A DNA stretch of 64,000 nt from Pocillopora damicornis. Taxonomy: Eukaryota. Below, one piece after another: positions 13,070 through 24,238 of this stretch. The stretch is from the NCBI RefSeq assembly GCF_003704095.1, contig NW_020844494.1, positions 124,001 through 188,000 on the forward strand, written 5' to 3'. The translations under genes and the position numbers were made by a program. The notes beneath the pieces were generated by a model. That model was not told the origin of the DNA, did no database searches, and saw only the letters and a program-made list of their open reading frames with translations. How positions within the stretch are numbered: the first letter of the stretch is position 1; every line of letters starts with the position of its first letter.

Positions 13070-15474
13070 ATGGAGGTCACAGCCGAACTTTCTCTTCTAG
13101 AAGAACTGGGCGAAATTATTGGAACTCTTACCACTTCTGGTAGTCCATCGTTGAACAGTGATCTCCTGAAGAAGCTAAAGAACATATGTAAGAAATCTGA
13201 TGTTTACGTCAAACACGCTTACCACTTGATTCTGACACAGCTGAAGAAGAACCACGCAGAAATACGACTTTCATCATTTCAGATCATCAATGAGCTCTTT
13301 TTTCGTTCCCATGCTTTCAGAGAAATGTTGCTGATTGATTTCCAGATCTTCTTGGAACTTACATTAGAAACAGACTACAAGCAACTTTTGCCACCACCTG
13401 CATCTGCCGCAAAAATTTTGAAGGAGAAAGCCTTGGAGGCCATAGATAGCTGGCATCGGAAATTTGGATCTCATTACAAGAAACTAGATTTAGGTTACAG
13501 CTATTTAAAAAGGGTTAAAAACGTTGAGTTAAGTGATCACTTAGCTCGAAGTCAAGCTGAAAGTCGCCAAGTAGAGGATAGGGAAAGACGGAAAAGGAAT
13601 ATCATTAATGGACAGATTATTCGTGTTGAAAATGAGATGTCGGAGATGATCAGCGAAATGGAATTGTGTGCTACTGAAATAGAGAATTGTTTTAAGCTTT
13701 TGTTACCTCACCCAGATGAATATGAGGTTCACTGCACCAGGGAATCTGCCTTATCTGAGCTTGAACAGATTGCTGATACAGATGTTAACAAAAGTCAGGA
13801 TGGTACAGAGGTCACCAAGAATTTAATTGGAAACCAAACACCAGACAGTATGGAAGAAGACAAAATCACTGACAAAAGTCAGGAAAATGATCCTAAAGTG
13901 GATACTGATGAGGAGCTGGTGACTGATCATGGACTGGGAACAAGGTCATATCAGCTGACCATCAGATTAGACAAGACTGGACCAGAAATAAGAGAAACAT
14001 CTGACAACAGCATTGTGTTAAACACAGCTCGGGAGTTTTACAAAGAATTGACTCATAAACACTTACCCATGATCAACAAGTGGATTTCTGTGTTGAACAA
14101 AGGTGAAGGAACACAACAGAAAATTCAAGAACTTATTGATCTTAAGGAGACTTTAGATAATGCAAAAACTAAATTCCTTGAGTTGAAAATAACACCTCTT
14201 CCTGACACCAAAAATAGTCAAAGTGCTTCAACAGAGAGTAGCAGTGATGAAGAAGATGACATTGAAGATTTTGAAGATGTTCCAGAAAGGGAGGACATTG
14301 AATTTCTGGTTTCTCCGGGCCAAACAGCTGGAAAGGGTTCAAAACCACCAACTAGCACTCACAAGACATTCACTGGTAAATAATTGACATTAGATATGTT
14401 TTGTAAAGAAACCAAAAAATTTATTGATTGTGATGATGTCTGTTCTTGTGATAACAATGCCCCAGGATAGCTTTTTTTTCAACAGCTCTGTGGAATTAAA
14501 CCACTGTTCTTTTCTTTAAGGGCTCTACTGGAGGTTTGGCTAAAACACATGGGTTGCTGAGTGTAATTATCTCTTCTTTTTCTACAGAATCAAGTTCCAA
14601 AATATCTCAAAAGAATAAAGCTAGCTTACTGAAGAAGTTTGGTGCTAATCTTCGGGAACTGGGTGATCCCACTTCTCGTGCTACTGCTTTGTTTAAAGTG
14701 AGGGACAAACTATCAAACACTGATTCTTTGTCAGTTCCTGATAAAAGTTCTAAGGAACCAGTAGATGAAAGGAAACAGAGGTTACTTGAAAAAGCACCAG
14801 TTGTGCCATTTGACATGGATCTCTATTTCTGGGAAGACCCAACCGCTGAGTCGCACAAGGTTGTCAAAATGTATCTTGATAACAACTGGGCATCTAAGGA
14901 GCATGAAGGTGAATATCTTGTTGGTGATGAGAAAGAGGCCAGACCAACACGAATGGTCACATTTGCAGGTAGCTTTGAACCTGTCAAGTGGTCTTGCCGT
15001 GCACCTTTACCAAGTGGTAAACTTTGTCCCAGACACGATAGAGTGAAATGTCCTCTTCATGGCAAAATTATACCACGGGATGAAACTGGTAGCCCTGTGA
15101 TTCATGACAACACCACATCTGATGCCGCCTTTGAAACTTCAGAAAGAAAAAGCACCAGTGTTAATGCTGAAGAAGATAAAGGTTCGCCTGCAGTGGACTG
15201 GAAAGAGATTCAACTTGAGGTCGAAGCAGCTACTGGCTTGGACTTGGGAGGCAAAAAGAAACGAAAACGTAAAAGTCACTCGAAAGCAAATGGCAAAAAG
15301 GAGTCTGGTCTGACTGATATTAAAAAGCAAAAGAATACAGTAAGAAATCGTTTAGGAAAGATTGTGTTGAATAAGAAAGCTATGCGACGTGTGGCAGATC
15401 AAATGGATGCTATTGCAACAAAAAGATGTGAGGACAAATTTGCTAATCAATTTAATTATTCCTTGAGAAAGTAG
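13070..15474 (+). CDS. UVSSA: UV-stimulated scaffold protein A, 2 exons
   Basis: Exons 13070-14375 and 14588-15474 are joined by a phase-1 intron (G|AA = Glu). N-terminal VHS-like LTTSGSPSL..LKNICK..HAEIRLSSFQIINELFFRSHAFR, DUF2043 zinc motif CRAPLPSGKLCPRHDRVKCPLHGKIIPRD and C-terminal KFANQFNYSL are present. Confidence 0.95.
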
Positions 15475-15926
15475 CATGACTTGTCTTGAAAGAAAAGCCT
15501 AAGAAGACCTTACACATAATGCCTGATTTTCACTGGTTTCTAAAGCAAAGCAGTACATGAGAGACTTGTCTGTTAGACTCAACTTAAAAATTATTGCAGA
15601 AGGTTGCAAAAGACCTTATCCATTAATGCTGTTGATTTTGACACTCAAAGCATAAAATTTCAATTTTTTTTAATTTGTCCTGACTATCAAAGGTTTCAAA
15701 TGAAGAATAGTTGATGATGCATGAAGGACCTTTCTGTTTAACTCAGCTTAGAGATGACTGAAGAATTGTTTTTGTCATCAATCAAAAATTGTGCTCTACA
15801 AAAATGATTTTGATCAGTTTTATTATGTAATTATATACAACATATAAATATTAACTTACACTGTAGTTAGGGGATGATCAGATAATGTAACAGTGACAGT
15901 ATGAAAGAAGGAAAAGCAGTTAAGTG

Positions 15927-16138
15927 TCAACCCTTTAACTCCCATGAGTGACCAAGACAGAATTTCTTCTTACAATATCAATATAATATCAACCAGATAA
16001 GCGATGAGAATAAAGAAAAATATCAGTCAAGGGATTATAAGTTGATCCAAAACCAAATTCTGAAAACTAACATCACAAGAACTGTATGGCAGATAGTAAG
16101 GAGAATTACTAATGAAATCTTAGGAGTTAAAGGGTTAA
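15927..16138. mobile_element. MITE-like element with terminal inverted repeats (aaccctttaactcc...ggagttaaagggtt)
   Basis: About 210 bp with TIRs and TTAA-like ends. A full inverted copy is at 22819-23030; partial or diverged copies at about 18915-19018, 20895-20986, 39260-39416, 45845-46050 and 47860-47955. Confidence 0.75.
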
Positions 16139-16961
16139 CCTTGTTCAACAAGTTCACTCAAAATGTGAAGAAAAAATATTTAAAATTATCTGCCTAGGGT
16201 GAGGAAATATTTCCTTCACCTTTTATATCAATAGATAATTTATCACAAAGATTGCATTATTAAGTAGAGTAACTATAAATAAAACATAACTTGAAAAGGA
16301 TTTAATGAACATTGAGTTAATTTTTTAATCAGAGAGTTCTGCTGTGGAATTAGTCTAATTCAAGCACTTGTTTCTGAGGCAATCACCAGGAAGAAATGTC
16401 CGTTTCTATTTCCTCTGTTGTAGTTATGAATGAAAGGGTATTACTTGCAAGAAGTGGGCACGGATGATTTACATCTTGGTGGGGCATGGTGGAGTTCGAT
16501 TATTGGGACTGTTTAAACAATGTAACAATGACTATCACTCTGTCCTCTGGACAAGACAAACAGTGATGTCTGCTTCACAGCAATGATAGCATGTAACCAG
16601 TTTGACTCTGTGGTTCTTAAATTCAATATCAACCCAAAACTCTTGAAAACAAATAAAATTTATAAGCCATTTAAAGTAGTATTCTACACCCACGCTCTCC
16701 TCTCCCTGAGACCCTCTAACAGACCGACCACTAACTCAATCCTTGGGATGACAGGGAGGAACTGAGTATGACATATCCCATCAACCCTTTAAAGCTTTAA
16801 TCAATATGGCGGACCTCCATTAGGTAAAGGCACACTGAGATTTAGTATTTTCGAGCCTGTTTGCCAGCCGCTGATAAAAATAGTGTGCGAACCAAAGTAT
16901 TTGGGATCTTTTGCGAATACTTAAAAACCAAACTAGCCATATAGATCGAAAGTTGACCACA

Positions 16962-18068
16962 ATGCAGTCCGGCCCAACTCCAGGTCAACAACAGGCGATG
17001 GAAGTAAAACAGGTATAAACCAAAATAACTTTTTATTCGACTCGTTGATTTTATGATTCTTCAGAATATGGCTAACTTTGGTTTACTGGTCTTTTGCCCT
17101 GAAATTATTTCGATTTCTCTGGGCTTACTGGTAATGATATACATATTGCTTCAAACTTTTCTTTTCTTTTCTCTTTCTCAAGAGGGCCACTGGTTTGTTA
17201 GTATTTTTATACTATTTTAGTACTACTCTCTTTAAATAAAGTCTTTACTTACTTACTTAGAAATTATTTACCAAAGTAGTCGAAAAAAATCGGATATCTT
17301 TTCAACTTTATTTCAATACGAATGTGTCTGGAAGTAATTCTCGTCTTAGTTTAAGGGTAAATTCAGAAATTGTGAACTAAGAAAGGCGTATTTATTTAGA
17401 TGAAGCCATTCCTTCTGATTTGTGATAATTTTTAACCTCCTATATAGTATCTGCTAAACGCGATTTGTTGTGTCGTTGTTGTGGTTGTTTGTTAAACTAT
17501 GTCGTGGTACATTAATGTTGTACATTTTATGATTGCTTCTCTCTGAATGTGATGTCTTTTTTTTGCAGTTTCAGAACTTTTTGCAATACTACAACAAATT
17601 GACAGAGTTGTGCTTCACAGATTGCATTCATGACTTCACCAACAGAAAGATTTCAACAAATGAGGTAAAAAAAGATCACCTTCTACCTTTGTGGTAAATT
17701 CTTGGACATTTAACAAAAAGCTTCTGAAGCTACTCATTGGATGAGCACTTCTAAGGAAATATATGTCTTTTCAGCAGCCCCCTTTGTAGGAGAAAGGCTG
17801 GCTATACATACTCAAGTAGGCCAAATTAGGGAGGGCTTCCCATCCATGGGGTGAGAAGGTGCACAAGTGGGCTGAGATATAAGACTGAACAGTCAATGTA
17901 AATTTCTTATATCTTTTTTTCTTTTTCATTTTTGTCTCCCAGAATAATTGTGCCATACATTGTAGTGAGAAGTTTTTGAAAGTTATGCAAAGAATCGGAG
18001 TCAGAATACAAGAAGTTCAAGTGATGCAAAATGAGGGTATCCTTGGTGCTCCTGACCCTCCTAAATAA
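16962..18068 (+). CDS. TIMM9: Mitochondrial import inner membrane translocase subunit Tim9 (90 aa), 3 coding exons; absent from ORF track
   Basis: Exons 16962-17012, 17569-17664 and 17943-18068 give MQSGPTPGQQQAMEVKQ/FQNFLQYYNKLTELCFTDCIHDFTNRKISTNE/NNCAIHCSEKFLKVMQRIGVRIQEVQVMQNEGILGAPDPPK*. Twin CX3C motif and the YNKLTExCFxDC signature are present. Confidence 0.93.
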
Positions 18069-18741
18069 TACTTGAACATTCAGTGAGCTGGACTCTCAGC
18101 TACAGACTTAAGTCTTGATTAATACAGAATAGATATGATATTTTATAATTGAATCAAGAGATTTCACCTGGTTGGATTTGCTTGCGCATGGAAGCTTATG
18201 GTGCAATCATGTGCTTAGCCTGTTAAACTCAAGACAGCCTTTTGTTGAAAGTGAAACGAACACTCACTTGAGCCATGTTATTGGACAGATAATGAATAAA
18301 AGTGACCTTTTACTCTTTGCTTGTCAAAACATTTATTTATTTGTTGAGAAATATTCACTGATCTCGTCACAAATATTTATGTTGCTGACCAAGCCTATAA
18401 TTTTTATATATTAATATAAATTTTGTGTCTCCAAAATTCAAAAAATTATTTTAAAACAATATTTTTTTTCCACAAATTATTGAAAAAAAAAATGCTTTTC
18501 TCTGACTATACATAATAAAAATTTTAAGTTCCCTGAGACACACAAAAAGCTATATGAAAACTAAAAAAAAATATTTTACAATCTAATTATTGATAAAATT
18601 ACAGTGAGCACATACAATATTTCTGAGCATAATATGTATGCAGTCTCCTCAGCAGATGTTGTTTGGACTCCCCATGATGGGACTGGTAATTGTCACAATC
18701 TTGACCCAGTAATTCTTGTTACTGTCTGCCTTACAATTCTT

Positions 18742-18777
<36 letters not shown>

Positions 18778-19144
18778 ATCAGTGGGAGAGTATAACAGGT
18801 AATTTAGTGTTAACAACTGAGTTGAAAATGTAAATTGGCCACTGTAAAGGGTTAAAAAGCTAAATATAAAGCTAATGTTAGTTCTGAGAAGTTAACATTG
18901 GATAAAGTTAAGTCTCCTAATTGATATTTTTCTTTATTCTCATCACTTGTCTGCTTGATATTGCATTGATTTGGAAGGAGAAATTCTCTCTTGGTGGCTC
19001 GTGTTAATCAAAGGATAAATTAGTTCACATTTGCAGCTGTTTTTGGAATGTCACGCAATGTCAAAACATTGCCAAAACCATGACCCAAAAGAATTGCTGC
19101 AGGCGAAGGAGGCTACATTAAGCATGGTAATTTTGTGTTATCCT

Positions 19145-19296
19145 CTGAGTTGATAACATAAATTGGCCACTGCAAAGAGTTGAAAAGCTAACGTTTCATG
19201 AGTTAGCCCTTTGTCCATTGCTCTGTCAAAGGGTTAACACTCAAAACATCAGCTTTTTAAACTTTTTAATGTGGCCAATTTATGGTATCAACTCAG
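19145..19296. repeat. Imperfect ~150-bp palindromic dispersed repeat
   Basis: Arms read ctgagttgataacataaattggccac...gttagccctttg / caaagggttaac...gtggccaatttatggtatcaactcag. Related partial copies are at about 18800-18862 and 20325-20425 (ctctgacgaagggctaacgctcgaaacgtcagc). Confidence 0.7.
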
Positions 19297-19336
19297 TTGA
19301 TAATACTAAGTTACCCTTATATACTCTCCCACAGAT

Positions 19337-19376
<40 letters not shown>

Positions 19377-19427
19377 ATCAAGCATGTACAGTTACAAGCT
19401 AAAGCTATAATTTTAGTAGTCAAGTTG

Positions 19428-22400
19428 CTAGCCAGGACAACACTTTCTTTCCTTGGAGGGAGGGACAGCTTGACTATAAGATTCATCAGTTTGATATTTT
19501 TGTGAAAAGTCCACCATATAACGTGAGTCATAAGACATCAGAGTTGAAGATTGTAACACTGTTCCTCGCAAGGCTACACAATCATTCAAATTAGGTGTTT
19601 TGCTTTCACCAGACACACTTAAAATGGCTTGCACCAGTACCTGCATTGCTTCATCTGAAATGAAATTTCATTAACAACATTTTACATTTTACTTCAACTT
19701 TTAAGTCTGGTGCCTGTCGTTAAATGACAGAAGGAAGGAAATGTCAATTACCCTATATTTTTGTGGACCTTTGGCAAAAATAGAGTGGTAGACACTTCCT
19801 TGTGCCAATGCAGGCAATTCCTGCCCTTCTAATGCAAAATTATGCTTCTTAATGTCAGAATAAGGGACAATCAAATAGTACTCATTTCTGAAAGGATACT
19901 CAACTCAAACAGAATGGGGCAACTTTTGCCCCTTAAAGCACTTAAATGAAAATGCATTCTCCAAATCTCAATTACCCCACTTAGTACAGGAGAGACTATC
20001 ATCTACTGAAAATTTGGCAAACTTGTTTATTATGTTTTTAAATAATACTTTATACAATTAGCAATACTAAACTAAAATAAACACTAACCAATATTTTGGT
20101 CCTCTTTTGCTGATGTTGGAAACCTTATGGCCAAGATTCAAAGGAAAAATTTGTGTAAAGAATTGATGTCACAATAAACTATCTCATTTAAGAATCATGC
20201 AAAATTATAAATCCTGAACACTGCTAACTATTTTTAGTTTACTAATTAATACAGTACTGTTATATGTATCTTTCTTTCTGGGAAATGAAATGTAAAGTTA
20301 ATCGCTCGTTAATCGTTAATCCTAATCGCTCTGACGAAGGGCTAACGCTCGAAACGTCAGCTTTTTTACCCTTTATGGTGGCTAATTTACGTTTTCAACC
20401 CAGTTGTTAACACTAAATTACCTGCTAAACTTACTAGTCAGTTGGATATCAAATAAATTATTCCCCTTTGTTAATCTTTACTAAGACGAACTACAGTGTT
20501 TTTGTTTTGAAATTTAGCAACAATAGAATTATGAATCAAAACTGACAAGGAAGTACACCACCTCTGAATAGAAATTATCTCAGAAATTTAGCTGGTGGCC
20601 CAAAATTTATTTGATCTCCAATCTTCCAATTATAATAATTCACAAGATTTACTACATACAGGATATTTTCAAGTATAATATTTGCTACAATTACATCATG
20701 TATATACCGGCAAATTATAATCCTTACCAGCCAATGAATCCATGTTCTTGACAAAATTGATTCAATCTTTCCTCATCATAAGGATGTTCTTTCAAGTCAC
20801 ACTGCAATAAATTTAAAAGAAAACCATTATTCTTGCTATTCCTCTCCACTTTTAATTAAAGATGTAATCTAAATACTCTCATCTTTGAAACATTTTTCTT
20901 TATTCTCATCATGTGTCTGCATGATATTGTATAGATAAAGCAAGGAGAAATTCAGTCTTGATCAATCATGGGAGTTAAAGAGTTAAACAAATTAAATCAA
21001 ATGAATAACAGGGGCCAAAACCAGAACTTTTGACATCATTCTTGGAAAGGTAATTTGAAGTTTACTTCCATCACCAATAACACCTATTGATACTATTCAA
21101 TATAAGATGTTTTTGATAAGATTAAAGAGAAAATCATACTAACAAAATGAACATACTTCATTGTGCACAGTGAAAAAACTACATGCAGAATTAAATAATA
21201 TGGCTTAACTTGATCTACTTAAGAGTTATCATCAGCAATAAATTTGAACAATCTGCCTTTGAATTAATACAACAATGTGATTTATACAAAAATTCCTAAA
21301 TCACCACTATTTAAAGGTGGTTTCTTTATTACTTGCACAGCATGTGCCTTACTTTATTTGCTAGTAAGAGAACTGGAATTGGTTTTTCATTAGTCAGCAT
21401 AACTTTTTGGTTTACATCCCAGTGCCACTGAAATGAAAGAAAAAAAAGCACACAAAATAGTTAACATTAAAATATCAAAATAACTGTGATGTTTTAAAAT
21501 TAATGGTTAAAAGAACAGACATCACTCCAATATTGAATTATAAATAAATTCATAAATTTACTGATATACCCAATGTGATAATTCAAACAAAAACATACAT
21601 GTACCTTAAGAACTGCATCAAATGTTGGTGGTCTGTTGAAACAAAATGAAAAACTTGAAATATTTCAATACTTTACTTTTTAAAAGTGTTTAGAATGAGA
21701 ATTAATTAAACTATTTCAATGAAACCAGGCTTTGTTTAACATTTCAAAACTGAGATAAATTTATTTGTAGATAAAAGCAACAGTTTACCTTGTCAAGTCA
21801 AATACAATTATGGCAGCAATTCTGCAAAGAGAACACTTGGGTTGTAATTGCGCATGGCTGATAAATTCATATCGAGTATTCCATTAATATCTCTAAATAT
21901 TTCATATAGTTATTGGAGCAACTACACAATACAGGGCTACTGGGGTCCCACTTGTCAGCATTCTTTGTAGGAAAAAAGGATGTATTGTATAACACAAAAG
22001 GATGTAATTGTGATCCAATGAGAGGTAAAAAAAAAAAAAAATTTGAGGAAAAATTTGAGACAGCATGAAGCCCTGCCATAAACATAAAGTCAACTTAAAT
22101 TCAAGATATAGACAATCAAAACAAGTCTTACGCATATTTATAATACACCCTTGTCATGTGACCAAATCTCTCATGGCCAGCAACATCCCTGAAAACATGA
22201 TAACATAAATAAATTACACCAAAGAATCTGCAAGCGAGTCCACAAAGCTTATTCTCAAAGTTTCTTTATTTTGACTATCAAAAGACCTGTTTGAGACCTT
22301 GTCAAAGCTAAAACATTCAGAGAACTTAATTTTTCAAGTGAACCTTGGCTAGACAATAGAAAGTAGCTAAACTGAAATTACATGATAATTTCTTGTTCCA

Positions 22401-24238
22401 GTCAAAGGGTAGTTAAAAATCTCCTGAAATTTAACTTTATTTCTTTCTGCTGGATATTTCTCTTCTCAGTCAAAGACAACTGTGATTCCAGAAAGCAAAA
22501 GTTACTAATAACTAGCTTTCTCCATAAATACCATCTACTTACCAAAGCTGAAGATTAATCTTTGTCATTTCATCCCAGTAGAGAACTTTCAAAGCAAAAT
22601 CAACTCCTATTGTAAGCTTGTAGTTTGGTGTGAAGGACCCTGGCATAAAAAATCAAGTAGAGGTGAGCTCAAATATAAGTAAAACTCATTTGAGCTCACA
22701 GATGTCACCAAATTATACAACAGATTTCACAAATAGATTCATTTTTGCTATGTGTCTGTCCAGTAATAGATCACCAGAAGACATCAAAATGCAGTAAGAG
22801 TAAAAAAGCAAAATGTTGTTAACCCTTTCACTCCCAAGATCTCATTAGTAATTCTCCTTACTATCTGCTATACAGTTCTTGTAATGTTAGTTTGGAGAAT
22901 TTGGTATTGAATCAACTAATAATCCCCTAATTTATATTTTCCTTTATTCTCATCACTTGTCTGCTTCATATTGTATTGATATTGTTAGGAGAAATTCAGT
23001 CTTGGTCACTCATAGGAGTTAAAGGATTAACAGCAAGTTGTCATCTATATATCTGTTTTCCAGTATCACATGATAAGCTTAATTATATACTATTTCTGAT
23101 TGGATCTGACTGATGATCTATTGGAGGGCAGATACAAAAATGATGTCATCATTAACAGCTCAGCATTCTGCTTTTTTAGCAGATGAAACAAATGGATTCC
23201 ATTTGGCATAAGTCTACAGTAGTAGTTCGTGGAAGGTATAAAAATGCAATAAAAATATCAGTGACACACTCAGCTGCACCTTGTGTGCCACTTTAATTGT
23301 TCTTATAAATTTTGATGTCATTGGTGGGTGATTTATTACTGAACAGATACAAGGCAAAATGTAACTTATTTGTTTATCATGTATTGTTGAAATACCTCTT
23401 GCCTTAGTTTGTCAATTAGAAAAAACAACTTGAGGTTGATGGGGTTGAAAACCTCGATCTCTCAAGAGTCTTATCCTGATAATTATTAAAATTGAAATAA
23501 TTATTGAATTAATAATGATCAATAAATCATGAACCAATTTTTCAAAAATCATGTGATTACCAATGGAATGTAATACGAAAAGTGACTTTTTTTCAACATT
23601 TTATTTTCAAACAAAAAATTAGATCGAATAACCTACAAACACGACATATTTATATGCACCATCGATAAAACAGCAATTTTTTATTTCGAGGGTTGCCGGT
23701 TTGTTGGCAGAATTGTAGCTAAAAACACACACACTTGAAAAAGGAACAATCATTAGCAACATTCTTAATCCCTCAATTGATAAATCAACGAAAATTACTG
23801 ATATCACATTCAAGTCACTTGATATTGTGTAGCTGGATATCACGAATTAGGAAAACTGACTCCGTGATCAACTGACTCTCGTGACAAACAACCCGGTAAA
23901 TTACAAATAGCCTCGTTTTCACAAACCTTCAGTGTATCTCCGGATAATGGACGTCTTTGGTGATAAACCATGAGGGAAACAAAGGAATTATGATTAGGCA
24001 ATCAAAATATAAGCAACAACATCCAAGAACAATACCGAAAGTGGGCAAAAACCACGGCACACGGAAGTCCTCAAGAGCTGAACGACCATCATCCTCGCTT
24101 ACCTTCCCTGGTGAAAAAAGACAAAGAGAACAACGATCAGTAGGAGATATATTCAAAGTAAAGAGGATCGTTAAAAGACCCACCAACTCCATATTCTCCA
24201 ATAACAAGTACTTTGTAAAGGTGTTCTTTCGCGTCCAT
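19428..24238 (-). CDS. RAB32: Rab32/Rab38/Rab29-family small GTPase (237 aa), 11 exons
   Basis: Exons 24238-24184, 24107-24103, 23954-23927, 22639-22543, 22188-22132, 21821-21789, 21632-21605, 21427-21353, 20801-20728, 20123-20089 and 19654-19428 are all GT-AG and in phase. They give MDAKEHLYKVLVIGEYGVGKTSIIRRY..TIGVDFALKVL..LQLWDVAGHERFGHMTRVYYK..LLLANKCD..FPTSAK..CCPG*. The FALK motif marks the Rab32/38 group; the exact ortholog is uncertain. Confidence 0.9.
22819..23030. mobile_element. Second full MITE copy (inverted), inside a Rab intron
   Basis: Reverse-complement match to 15927-16138, bounded by ttaa at both ends. Confidence 0.75.
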
